This document shows positions 31,161-44,279 of a stretch of DNA of 64,000 nucleotides, piece after piece. Each line of letters opens with the position of its first letter. The first letter of the stretch is position 1. The notes under the pieces were generated by a model. The model made no database searches, was not told the origin of the DNA, and saw nothing but the letters and a program-made list of their open reading frames with translations. Source of the DNA: the human T2T-CHM13v2.0 reference genome, Homo sapiens; the NCBI RefSeq assembly GCF_009914755.1, contig NC_060925.1. One strand, written 5' to 3'. The position numbers were made by a program, and so were the translations under genes.

Positions 31161-31698
31161 TGTGGTAGACTGAAAAAATGTCATCTTATTTTGTCATCTA
31201 TACATTCATGCAGGTCATTTACACTTTTTGCAAGAAGATTTTGTTGCTCCTCCTATTAGGAGTGAAGTCTGTTTCTCTTCTCTTTAAATCTGGACTTGGC
31301 TTTTTAAATGACTTCAGACATTGAACAATTTTGGTCCAAGAAAATGCTTGAAAAGCACTTGAGCATTAGAGCTTTTCCTCTCTCACATGTTTAGAACCCT
31401 GAGATCATCATGTAAATAAATCTGAGTTAATCTCCTGGAGAAGAAAAGGCCAGGAAGAAGAGACACAAGATGCTCCAACAAATAGTTGGCTACCCACTGT
31501 CAGACAGCCTTCCAAATACCAGACTTGGGAAACTGTCCTAGATTCGGATGCATAAAATCTAGCCCCGGAGAGATCACTCAAGCTTGCCCAGACTCAAAGA
31601 ACCATTCAGTCAACCCACATAATTGTAAAGAAATAATGAATGGCTTTGTTTTAAAACGCTAAGTTTGGTTGTAGTAGGTTACTTAGCAAAATCTAAAT
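31161..31698 (+). mobile_element. MLT1 (F/G-like) MaLR LTR
   Basis: Starts 'tgtggtagactgaaaaaatg'. Contains 'ctcctcctattaggagtgaagtctgtttc' and ends 'ttgttttaaaacgctaagtttgg...ttacttagcaa'. Confidence 0.75.
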
Positions 31699-32074
31699 TT
31701 CCCTGTGCTCCAAATGTTTTATACTTTACATCCTCCTTGTTTTCTTTTTTTTTCATTTTGTAGTTCACATTGAATGTTTTCTATTGATCTGTGTTTGAGT
31801 TCATTTTTTTCTACATCTATTGTTAAATCAATCCAATGAGCTCTTAAATTTAGATATTAAACACTTCAATTCCATAATTTCCATCTAATTCATTTTGATA
31901 GATTTTATTCTCTATACACTTAATTCATTTTCTTCATTTTGCCTTTCTTTAATATATTAATGATGCTATTTTAGTTATTGCTGTTAACTCTAATCTCTGG
32001 ACCATGTTAGGTTATGCTTCAGTTGTTTATCCTTTCTCTTGATTATTAATCAGATTTTTTCCATGTTGGGATAT

Positions 32075-32431
32075 TGCTATGGAATGAATGTTTGTGTATT
32101 TCTCTCCCAAATGTATGTGTTGAACTCCTAATCCAAAAGGTGATTATATTAGGAGGCCATTGGATGGTGATTATGCAGAGCCTTCATGAATGGAATTCAT
32201 ACCCCTGTAAAAGAGACCCCAGAAAGCTAGCTCCTCCCTTCCCCCCAAGTGAAGACACAGCAAGAAAACATCATCTATGAACCAGAAAATGTGCCCTCAT
32301 CAGATATTGAATCTTCCAGCCACTTGATCTTTGACTTCCCAGCCTCCAGTATTGTGAGTGATAAATTTCTGTTGTTTATAAGCTACCCAGTCTCTGGCAT
32401 TTTGTTATAGAAACCCAAATGGATTCAGACA
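32075..32431 (+). mobile_element. MLT1A0-like solo LTR
   Basis: TG...CA termini ('tgctatggaatgaatgtttgtg' to 'aaatggattcagaca'). 5-bp TSD gatat/catat. Confidence 0.88.
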
Positions 32432-33011
32432 CATATATAGTATTTTTTTTTTATTTCGAGCCAGATGTTATTTAAAAAAAAAAACAACCTGTATATATTC
32501 AGAGAATATCTTCTACCCATAAAGATTCTCCTCTTTCCTCTTATAGTAAAACAGCATGAGAAGATAACTATTGTGGTCAAATCAAAAACTGATCTGGGCT
32601 AGGACTGAGTTCCATTTTTAGTAAAAACCTAGCAAAAATTTCTTCCTTTAACTTTTAGCTTCTTTAATGCCCAGTTTATGAAAGTCCAAAAACTGTCAGT
32701 GTCATGAAGAGAGACTGTGTGTTTAATGCAGCCTATCACTTATCCAGCCCTGCAGCATGGCTTTGGCTTCTGGACTAGCCCCTAGCCTTCCCTACTACCC
32801 AATTCAAAAATATCCCTTAAAGAAAACCAGCTTTTTGGTGGTGCTCCTTTCATTTCCAATACATTTATAAATTCTGTGAGAGCACTAAAAGTGATAATTG
32901 TTTTAATGAAGATACAGAATGTTTTAAGGGAAGAAATATTTGTCCCTGTCAAGGCTAAACACTCTATGTAAACAGAAATTAATTTGTTTTCTCTACTGAT
33001 AGAGAAATCAT

Positions 33012-33181
33012 TGATAAATGATGATAGATAGATGATAGATAGATAGATAGATAGAGATAGATAGATGATAAAGAGATGATAAATAGATAGATGATAAATA
33101 GATGATAGATAGGTAGATAGATAGATGATAGAGACAGATACATACATAGATAGGTAGATAGATTATAGATAGATAAATGAT

Positions 33182-33235
<54 letters not shown>

Positions 33236-33262
33236 GATAGAGATAGATAGATAATAGAGATA
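33012..33262. repeat. Complex (GATA/TAGA)n tetranucleotide STR
   Basis: Read directly; pure run of about 13 units at 33182-33234. Confidence 0.97.
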
Positions 33263-33289
33263 GTTATTTTTGGAGAAAAAAATAAGATA

Positions 33290-33540
33290 TGGGGTTACCT
33301 GGAAGCCAATTGAACCAAAAGATTTTTAGGAGGAGAGGTGATCAAGTGTTCAAATGCTACTGATAGTTAATTGTGAACAAATAATTGCTTATTGGATTTA
33401 ACAATGTGATGTCATTGTAACCTGGCTACAAGATAGAGACTAAATCCTATTTGTGATGATTTTAAGAGATAATGGGAAGAGAGAAAATATACTGAGTGAA
33501 TGAAAACAACTCTATTAGTTTTGCTGTAACATCATGTAGA
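33290..33540 (-). mobile_element. L2 fragment
   Basis: 'gtgatcaagtgttcaaatgctactgatag...ttattggatttaacaatgtgatgtcattgtaacct'. Confidence 0.7.
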
Positions 33541-33924
33541 TAATACATTTCATTGAAAACATAAGAAGATTTTATTATTGGTGGAAGGGGATAACCTCCT
33601 TCACAGCCAGACTCCAGTTACAATCCCTTGATGCTGGTTTCAGAGTACTCCATACTTCAGCAACAAGGTTGTTGCTCATATAGTTATAGGTAACTAGAAT
33701 GATCTCCACCTTTCAAAATATCCTTTCCTATCCAGTTCCTCTTGTTAAAGCCATCTTATTAATTAATCCTCTCATAATTATCCTAATTTAACTTGGTTTC
33801 CGTCTTCTTTAATCTAAGTCCCTTATTACTTTGAATTTATATCTCTCTTAACATTCAGTCTATATGTTAACTTTTTGTTTCTTTTCTTATCTCCCAGCTA
33901 GGTATTTGAAGGCAGGACATTTTT

Positions 33925-34680
33925 TCTTTGTTATTATTATTATTATTTCAACTTTTATTTTAGATTCAGGCAATACATATGCATGTCTGTTACCTGGGCT
34001 TATTGTGTGATGCTGAGGTTTGGGTTAATAATTATCCTGTCACTCAGGTACTGTGCATAGTACACAACAGTTAGTTTTTTAACCCTTACCCTCTTCCCAC
34101 CTTCCCCCCATTTGGAGTCCCTAGTCTATTCTTTTCATTTGTATGCCCATGTATACCTGTTGTTTACCTTCCACTTAGAAGGTATTTGATTTTCTGTTCC
34201 TCAGTTAACTTAGAATAATAGCCTTTAGCTCCATCCAAGTTGCTGCAAAAAAAAAAAAAAAAGATGTTTTCATTCTTTTTTATGGCTGTGTAGTATTTCA
34301 TGTTATATATTTACCATATTTTATTTATCCAGTCAACCAGTGATAGATACTTACGTTGGTTCTGTGACTTTGCTATTGTGAGTAGTGCTTCAATAAACAT
34401 GCAAATGCAGATATCTTTTTGTATATTGATTCATTTTCCTTTGGGTAGATTCCCAGTAGTGAAATTACTGGACCTAATAGTAGTTCTATTTTTAGTTCTT
34501 TGAGAAATCTCCATACTGTTTTCCACAGAAGTTGAACTGATTTACATTCCCACCAACAGTGTATAAGCATTCCCTTTTCTCAGCATCCAGACCAACACCT
34601 GTTGTTTTTGACTTTATAATAATAGCCGTTCTGACCGGTATATGATGATATCTTATTGTAATTTTAATTTGCAATTCTCA
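33925..34680 (-). mobile_element. L1PA15-16/L1PB-age 3' fragment inserted into an L2 tail
   Basis: 'ttcaacttttattttagattcagg...gtgtgatgctgaggtttggg'. Minus ORF 'LIHCWWECKSVQLLWKTVWRFLKELKIEL'. Degenerate TSD 'aaggcaggacatttt' / 'aaggcaagaaagtttt'. Confidence 0.88.
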
Positions 34681-35424
34681 AAGGCAAGAAAGTTTTATTC
34701 TTCATCATTGTATTCTTCTTAGCACCTAGCATGATGCCTTGCATAAAGTAGGTTTTGAATGCTTGTTTGCCAGATGAATGAGTAAACATTGATGATAGTT
34801 TCTATTTGCTGGATAAATAACCACCCTGGAAAAAAAACTGGCATAAAAGTTTAGTATGTGTTTTGACTAACCTTTGTAAGGGTAATATTAAAACATTAAG
34901 TGTTAAAAATGCATAGCCATTGTTACTGAGATTTGCATTGTTTAATTAATTTGCTATATTTTATTTTCTAATAATATCTTCAATTAGGTCCCTTTTGCCT
35001 TTTCACATTTATGCAGTTATATTTAACTCAGGCCCCCATTCAATCTGTCATAACGAGAAGTAGTTTTATGGAATAATGAACATCCTCATTTCCTGTAATT
35101 TGTAAAATAAGTTAAAACTATTAAACTAAAATTCACTGATTCAGTAATCATGTTTCTTTTAATATTTTATTACAGCATCTTTGCAGATGGCATAACTTTA
35201 ATTTCCAACAATTGTAATTTTTTACCTTAAATAAATACATACAATAAATAGATTAAAGGAAGCATAAAAGATCTGAAAACTCTAGTTATAATTATTAGAT
35301 AATTTTGTTTATTTAAAAACACAAAATTAGTTCAGAGGGACACTGTCAAAACATGCTTTATTATACATAATTATGTAAATCAAATTTCTTTTAGTTTCTA
35401 GTGATAGAAGCAGACTATCGCTAA

Positions 35425-35767
<343 letters not shown>

Positions 35768-36337
35768 AACTTAAGCCTTTTAAAAGGGATATTTATTAGA
35801 AGGAAACAGAAGCTAGGACTCATGAAGGTAAGGAAATGTGACCTGACTCACATGGTGGTGTGTTTTTTTTCTCTAGAATACCATCAAATATGATTCACCT
35901 CCAGCAATGCCACAATATCACATTCAGATGTTTCAAAAACATCTGATTAGCTTAGTTTTGATTGATTAGCTATAGCAAGATAGCAAATTTTGTCTGTTAA
36001 AAGCTTACCTTTGTGTGTCAGGAGTAGTTTCTATAAAAGCAGGAATCAGTAATAGTGAGGGAAGCCACTTCTGGAAATACATGTTAAAATCATCTTTTAT
36101 AAGATATTTTCAATTCTAAAGTGAATTGACTACATGTTGACTTATTTTACTTCCCTAATAATGTTTTCAATGAGAAGTCATCTCATTTATCTATTTTTTT
36201 ATTCATTAATTTATACACCAAACAACTCATGCATGTAGCCTCTGCATTACACACTTGACTAGGTTCTAGGGATAGTGATCAATGACAAAAGTGTTAACCT
36301 TCAAGGAGCTTTTAGTTGAGTAAGTGTAAAAATATGA

Positions 36338-36684
36338 GGCCGGGAACAGTGGCTCACGCCTGTAATCCCAGCACTTTGGGAGGCTGAGGCAGGCGGATCA
36401 CGAGGTCCGCCTGTAATCCCAGCACTTTGGGAGGCTGAGGCAGGCGGATCACGAGGTCAAGAGATCAAGACCATCCTGGCCAACATGGTGAAACCTTGTC
36501 TCTACTAAAAATACAAAAATTAGCTGGGTGTGGTGGTGCATGCCTGTAGTCCCAGCTACTCGCGAGGCTGAGTCAAGAGAATGGCGTGAACCCAGGAGGA
36601 GGCAGAGCTTGCAGTGAGCCGAGATCGCACCACTGCGCTCCAGCCTGGGCGACAGAGAGAGACTCTGTTTCAAAAAAAAAAAAA
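36338..36684 (+). mobile_element. AluSc carrying a 51-bp internal tandem duplication
   Basis: 'gatcacgaggtcaagagatcaagaccatcctggccaac' (Sc diagnostic). Duplicated segment at 36357-36407 and 36408-36458. Confidence 0.94.
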
Positions 36685-38439
36685 GAATGCAAATAATTAC
36701 AGCATAATATTATGTTAAAATTCATGCAAATGTCTGGGAAAAGACAAAAGAGGAAGTAAACTTCTTTGAAGGATACTTTTAACTTTCAAAAATCATAAAA
36801 TCACTAATTTGTCCAATGATGGACACCAAGTAGCCTTAAGATACTAATCATTTTCAATCATTTTAAAATATTTCATAAGAATTGGGACAGCAATCTGAAA
36901 TGAAAAGTTTGAAATCCCATTACCATTCCTTAAGCTTCTCAGTCTTGAAAGAAAAAAAAATTTTTTCGATGGTACTTCTTCAGTTCTACAAAATGATTAA
37001 TAGCAGAATATTACTGGAGTTTAAATATTTCTGAGACAGCAATTCTTCACTCCCTGCTGTTTACAAGTAAAATACTGTCTACAAATAATACATTACATTA
37101 GCTGTCCTCTTTATCATAAAGCCATGTTGAATACTTGTAACATTTATAAAAAGACACCAACTGATTGCAAGATGAGCGTTACCCTTGAGCAAATTATGAA
37201 CACATTTATTTCAGTCTTATGTGTTTGAAACTAATTTTCTGGTAATATCAAAAGTGTTCATAGAATTAATTTCCTGTCAGTTCAGCAGTATTCAAGTGAA
37301 TATTTTATGATTTTGCATTAGCTGTATTTGTCTAGAGTTGTGACATGATCGAGTCATTCTCTGAGGGAAACACATTAATAATTAAACTCTGTCCAATGTG
37401 GAGTGCTAAAGATGACAGCATAATTGTACATTTCCAGAGACCGTTTCACAAGGCAGAGACGGAGAATTGCCCTGCCACCATTTAAATGTCAATTTAGAAT
37501 TTCTTTAAAAACTAAAACAGTGCTTCAGAAAAAATGGAGGGGAGAGAGATGATGTCAAATTTGGAAATAGTTCTCTTTACTTTTTCTTTACTTTAAAATG
37601 TAAGCTAAATGCAAATAGTCTCCTTCATTCTTTCCTTCTCATGCTGAATAAACTGTCAGTTACAAGTTCTTTCTTTTGACAATATAACATCATCAATGGT
37701 CTTTGAACCACGACTGTTTAAATGATAAATACTACTTGCATAGATTAGCTCCGTAGGAAAAAGTACAGCTGACATGAGAAACTTTGATTGGTTTCGGGGC
37801 TTATATTTGAGTCTTTTTTAACTTAGAAAACTTCGGCAATAATTTAGGATTTTAATCTACTTCCCAGTCAAATAGTTGTGGATGGATCACTATATGTGTT
37901 CTTATTTATGTTTCCTATTCTGATACTTAAAGTTATTGGATTTTTAGAAGTGAGATTTAAAAAATTTCTAAGGCCTATATATTAAACACATTAAAACTCA
38001 TATTTGGGTTTCCTTACTAGACAAACTGTGGTTAAAAATTGTGACTGAAGAAAATTTAATAAAATTGAATTCAACAGAAGCCAAGACTAGAGGCATGAAT
38101 ATGGTCCCAAAATAATTTCAGTTGAAGTTTGCTGGTGAACAGTCTAGCAGCTAACCCCTGAATGAACTTCAGTTTGTTTCAGATATATACACTTCTTAGC
38201 AATAATAGATACGCTCTCATTATCTAATATTGACTGAACAATAACACAGTTTATCCCACTTCCTTGAACTTATCCTAAGGAAATAATACTAAGTAATCTA
38301 ACCACAGTGGAGTTCATGGCAGCATGGTTTCTAAAAGGAAAAAAAAATAATTTAGCTCAATAGATAAAAATAGGAAATTTGTTAAATATGATGTGTTTAT
38401 ATCATTAAATATTCTAATGCTGCAAATAAAAACATGCAG

Positions 38440-39020
38440 TGACTAGAAAATTGTTCATTCATCTACTTTTTCATATATTTATTAATTCATTCATCTCATA
38501 AATATTCATCAAATGCTTATTAAGTACTAGAAGGTAGGGCAGTGAAGAAAGCAATACCCCTAGTTTCAGGAAGCTAGCATTCTAGAAGGAAAAGCCTGAC
38601 AATAAACATGAAGATACAATGTCCCAGGACAGATTAAAAGCTATGAAGAAAAATCAAGTAAATTTAAAAAATGAACTGGGCATATGGTTATCAAGATGGG
38701 TAGACAGTGAAAGCTTTCTAGAGTTGAAAACAGCAGTTAGGCCCTAAGGCATTTGGAGACAGAGAACCTTAGGGTGAGAGATTAGGAAACATAAAGCCTG
38801 AGATAGACACTGGCCAGTTTAAAGTGAGTAAGAGGCAGTAAGAAGTCCAGGCTACTGCAGTGGGTGAGGAAAGAGGTGTCAATCAAAGAGAGCAGCCACC
38901 AGCATTGAGTGCATATAGGCCAAGGGGAAGGGCTCGGGACTTCATTCTGAGCCAGATGGGGAGTCTCTGGAGATTTCGGAGCAGAGGACTGGAATGGTCT
39001 GACTTTCGAAAACAATACTT
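38440..39020 (-). mobile_element. L2 3' region
   Basis: 'ttcattcatctc...aaatgcttattaagtacta', 'ggaagctagcattctag', 'gacttcattctgagccagatggggagtctctggagatttcggagcagagg'. Confidence 0.8.
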
Positions 39021-39296
39021 CCATGTTATGCTAAGTGGAATATAAGCAGTTTAAAAAGCAGTATATACAACTTACAATGTGTAGTGAGGTATTTGTTGGA
39101 TTTTAGTTTTGTAATTTTTACTTTCCTTGCTGAATTATTAGTTCCAAGGGGGCAGAAACATATGCCTATTTTCTCATTTCTGTCTAACCAGTACTTGGCA
39201 ACTGCCTGGCTACTGTAAAGCACAAAGTAAAATTTGTTGGTTGAATGAATGAGTAAATGAATAAACATTTTTTAATATTTTAAAGGGTTACATATG

Positions 39297-41434
39297 CAGG
39301 AATTCCTCATTTTATTGTGTTTTGCTTTACTGTACTTCACAACAATTGGATGTTTTTTACAAATTGAAGATCTGTGGCAATCCTGACTAGCAAGTCTATC
39401 AATGCCGTTTTTCCAACATCATGTGTTTACTTCATGTTTCTGTGTCACAGTTTGATAAGTCACACAATATTGCAAACTTTTCATTATTTTTTCATTTGTT
39501 ATAGTGATCTGTGATCAGTGATCTTTGATGCTACTATAGTAATTGTTTTAGGGCACCACAAGCCATGCCCACATAAGATGATAAATACAATTGAAAAACA
39601 TTGTGTGTGTTCTGACTGCTTGACTGAACAACCATTCCCCCATCTCTCTTCATCTCCTGGGACCTCCCTATTTCCTGAGATACAACAATATTAAAATTGG
39701 GCCAATTAATAGCCTTACAATATCCTCTAAGTGTTCAAATAAAACAAAGGGTCACACATCTCTCATTTAAAATCAAAAGTTAGAAATGATTAGGCTTAGT
39801 GAGGAAGGCATGTCAAAAGCTAAGACAGGCCAAAATCCAGGCCTTTTGTGCCAGTTAGCCAAGTAGCCAAGTGGAAAATGCAAAGAAAAAGTTCTCGAAG
39901 GAAATTAAATATGCTACTGCAGTTAACACATAAATGATAAGAAAGTAAACAGTCTTATTGCCGATATGGAGAAAGTTTTGGTGGTCTGAACAGATCAATC
40001 CTGCCACAACATTCAGTTAAACCAAAGCTTAATCCAAAGCAAGTGCCTAATTCTTTTCAATTCTGTAAAGGCTGAGAGAAATGAGGAAACCGCAGAAGAA
40101 AAGTTTGAAGACGGCAGAATTTGGTTCATGAAGTTTAAGGAAAGAAGTCATATCCATAATATAAAAACACAAGGTGAAGGAAAAGTGCTGCAGTTATCCA
40201 GAAGATCTAGCTAATTGATGAAAGTTATAGTTCTACTGAACAACACATTTTCAGTGTAGAAAAAAATAACCTTCTGTTGGAAGAAGATGCCATCTAGGAC
40301 TCCTTTAGAGAGGAGAAGTCATTGTCTGGCTTCAAAAATTCAAGAACAGGCTGACTCTTGTTAGGGGCTAATGCAGCCATTGGCTTTAACTTGAAGCCAA
40401 TGCTCATTTATCACTTTGGAAATCCTAAGGCCCTTAAGAATGACGTTAAATCTATTCTGCCTGTACTCTACAAATGGAACACCAAAGCCTAGGTGACAAC
40501 ACAACTGTTTAAAGCGTGGTTTATTGGATACTTTAGATCCACTATTGAGATCTACTGCTCAGGAAAACAAAAGATGTATTTCAAAATATCAGTGCTTATT
40601 TACAATGCATCTGGTCACCCAAAAGCTCTGATGGAGATTTACAAAAAAATTAATGTTGTTTTCATGTCTACTAACACAATATCCATTCTGCAGCACATGG
40701 ATCAAGAAATAGTTTCAACTTTCAAGTCTTATTATTTAAGAAAAACATTTTGTAAGGCTATAGCTGCCATATATAGTTATTCCTCTCATGCATTTGGGAA
40801 CAGTAAATTGAAATCGTTCCGGAAAGGATTCACCATTCTAAATGTTATTAATAACATTCATTACTCATGGAAAGAGGTCAAAATATCAACATTAGCAGAG
40901 GATTGTTAGAAGTTGATTGGAACCATCATGGATGACTTAAAGTGGTTCAAGACTTCAGTGGGGGAAATAAGTGCAGAATATGGTGAAAATACCAATAAAG
41001 CTGGAATTGGAAGTGCAGCTTAATGGTGTGAGTGAATTGCTGCAATTGCATGATAAAACTTGAAGGGATAAGGAGTTACTTCTATGGATGAACAAAGAAA
41101 GCGGTTTCTTGAGATGAAATCTCCACCTGATGAAGAAGCTGTGAACATTGTTGAGGTGACAACAAAGATTTAGAATATTTCTAAACTTAGTTGAGGTTAA
41201 AGCAGTGGCAGAGTTTGAGAGGATTTACTCCAATTTTGAAAGAAGTTCTACTGTGGATAACATGCTATCAAACAGCATCTCATGCTACAGAGAAATCTTT
41301 CCTAAAAGAAATAGTCAATTGATGCAGCAAACTTAATTGTTGTCTGAAGAAATTGCCACAACCACCCTAACCTTCAGCAACTACCACGCTGATCAGTCAG
41401 CAGCCACCAGCTTGGAGGCAAGACCCTCCACCAG
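39297..41434 (+). mobile_element. Tigger1 (TcMar) DNA transposon lacking its 3' terminus
   Basis: Starts 'caggaattcctcattttattgtgttttgctttactgtacttcac' (Tigger1 5' end). Contiguous through the transposase region to 'gcaagaccctccaccag'. Confidence 0.93.
39720..41130 (+). pseudogene. Dead Tigger1 (pogo/TIGD1-like) transposase
   Basis: Start codon mutated (ata tcc tct aag tgt tca). ORF 40493-40909 is a DDE-domain remnant ('LIYNASGHP', 'LQHMDQEIVSTFKSYY') with the catalytic-motif D changed to Y. Many stops. Confidence 0.88.
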
Positions 41435-42592
41435 TCATGTGTCACATAATGATGTTCCAGCCAACAAGGAAGAGCATACAAAATGGTACTCCCATAAGGT
41501 TGTAATGAAACGGAAACATTCCTATTGCTTAGTGACATCATAGCTATCTTAATATTGTAACAAAATAAATTACCCACATTTTTGTGGTTTTGCTGGTGTA
41601 AACAAACCTACTGTGTTGCCAGTTGAATGAAAGTATAACACGTACAATTATGTAGAGTACATAATACTTGATATGTAATACTTGATCATAAATGTAGTTT
41701 ATGTATTTGTTACACTACACTTTTTATTGTTATTTTAGAGTGTACTCTCTCTGTCTTCATAAAAAGAAAGTTAACTGCCTCAGGCAAGTTCTTCAAGAGG
41801 TACACCAGAATAAGGCCTTGAGGATGCCAGCTTCATATATGTTATTGCCCCTAAAGGCCTTCCAGTGGAACAAGATGTAGAGGTGGAAAACAGTGATATT
41901 GATGATCCTGAGCCTGTGTAGGCCTACACTAATGTGTGTGTTTGTGCCTTACTTTTTAACCAAATGTTTAAAAAGTCAAAAATAAAAATAGAAGCTTATA
42001 GAATATATAAAAAAGAATAATTTTGTACAGCTGTACAATGTGTTTTTGAAGCTACATGTTATTACAAGAGTCAAAAAGTGTAACAGCTTTAAAAGTTTCT
42101 AAAGTAAAAAGTCACAGCTTAAGTTCACTTATTAATAAAGAAAACAAATTTAATTAATTTAGTGTAGCCTAAGTGTACAGTGTTTATAAAGTCCTCAGTC
42201 ATGGATAATAATGTCCTAGGCTTTCAGATTGATTCACCACTCACTTACTAACTTACCCAGAGCAAATTCCAGTCGTGCAAGCTCCATTTATGGTAAGTGC
42301 CCTATGAAAGTGTACCATTTTTCTTTTACCTTTTATGCTGTATTTTTACTATATGTTTTCTATGTTTAGGTACACAAATACATTATGTTACAGTTGCCTA
42401 CAGTATTCAGTACAGTAACATGCGGTACAGGTTTGTAGCCTGGGAGCAGTAGGCTATAACAGTAGCCTAGGTGTGTAGTAGGCAATACCATCTAGATTTG
42501 TGTAAGTACACTCTATGATGTTCAGACAAGAATGAAATTGTTTAACAGTGCATTTCTCGGAATGTATTTCCATCTTTAAGCAATACAACTAT
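41432..42592 (-). mobile_element. Tigger3b (MER7/Golem) non-autonomous element, about 1.16 kb
   Basis: Termini 'cagtcatgtgtcacataatgatgtt' and 'gcatttctcggaatgtatttccatctttaagcaatacaacta'. Internal 'tacaggtttgtagcctgggagcagtaggcta...ccatctagatttgtgtaagtacactctatgatgttc'. Confidence 0.9.
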
Positions 42593-44279
42593 ATATGTAC
42601 GTATATATTCCATATTTTCAAAACTTTCTATAAAAGCTAAATTGTTCTTAGATTTATATAATAGGAATAGAATAGTACTAAAGATAATCTAGGCAACTTA
42701 AAGGCTTGAAATTTTAAATTTATTTTAGCAGAGAAATATTAGAATACTATTTCTCAAAATTCACTTATTTAGAACTTAGAGATGGGAATGACATTACCTC
42801 TTTTCTGTAGACAGCATAAAAAGAGGTTTGCAGAAAAGGTGAACTGTGCGAACAAAAACCCAAATGACATGTCTATGTATTTCTTTTTAAACAAATCAGA
42901 TTCAAGTACTGTAAAACCCTAATTTACAAAACCTCAATCTCTCAGAATACTCAATCTTAGGAATTGTGATTGCTGTTTTTATTTTGCTTATTCAGCTTCA
43001 TTTTCTAGAAGAAAGAGGCAAATGACAAAAATACCCCTAGGCAATTTTTGGAATTTATTCAGAAAAATATATTCCAGACTACATTATGCTGTCAAAACAC
43101 ATTCCCACCTTTCTCCAGTGTCTACATCTACATTTACACAACTACACAGTGATTGCCAATGTTTCAAATAAACTAGAGGTCTTAGATTTTATTATGACCA
43201 TTGTACTAGACTAATTTAGAAAGAAATGTAAAACACTAAATTTTAGAATTATCTTCTCTGTATTTGAGAGTTAAACTACATTTTATCAAACAAGCCAAGT
43301 TAACATAAACTCAATTTTGAAAGGTGGTAATTCATTTTTTTAAATTAGGAGTCTCCCTTTCCATATAATAAATATATATAACGACAAAGCTAACTGTAAT
43401 ATGTGAAGGACTAATTATTTGATTATTTAGTAAAGTGATTTATCATAAAAGTAACATATATGGCAAGCATAAGTTAACAATACTCTGAGTATTCATACAG
43501 AATAAAATTTATAACAATAGAACAATACTAAATATTTGATAATTCAGAAGACCCTTCAGAAATTGGGTGACTGATTTTTGGAAATTTATCATGAGAGAAC
43601 TTATTTAAAGGCGGCTCTAATAAATGGAGACAGAGAATAAACATACGTATTTACTAGAATCTCTAGCAGGCAACATTTTATTGAACTACAACCAGTTATT
43701 GTATGTGCTTGATATCACTTTGAAATTAGAATTTCCTCAAATAGAATAATACATTGTATATATTCCTCCAAGTCTAAATTTATAAAGTTTTGCTCTGAAT
43801 GAACTCTATATTAGACTGAGTAGTCTGTTTAAAATCAAAGCTCTGAAAAACAGGTAGTTGTTTCCCAGTTATAGGAAAATAGTCAATAGATTTCATTGAC
43901 TTTTGAATCCCTCAGGAGTGTTTTCTATGTTAAAATTATCTTTAAGGGTTATGAAAGTGTAATTTTTAAAAATCGTAATACCAGTGGTACATTATGAAAA
44001 CACTGTCACCTCTCTTTTAGAACAGTATAAGGATGAGATTGTTCTGAAGCTGCAGAACTATTTTAGCCACAGTGGGATCAAATGCCAGTCAATTTGGAAA
44101 ACTACTTTTGGCATCTTTCTCAACCTCTTTATTTCCTACAGTTTACTTGAGTATCCTTCAGTTCAGGGCCATTCCCAATCATTTTTTGTTGTTGTTGTTG
44201 CTTCTTTTTTTGCACCTCCACCAGAGTCTTACCCCTGGCCTTTCATCTGGCTGGTTCACTTAAATACATATTTTACATA

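Noticed and set aside
32782-33147. 121-aa minus-strand ORF
   Set aside because: It starts in the (GATA)n STR and is low complexity.
40493-40909. TIGD1-like transposase ORF as a domesticated gene
   Set aside because: A fragment of a decayed Tigger1: start codon lost, catalytic-motif Asp replaced, upstream frames broken.
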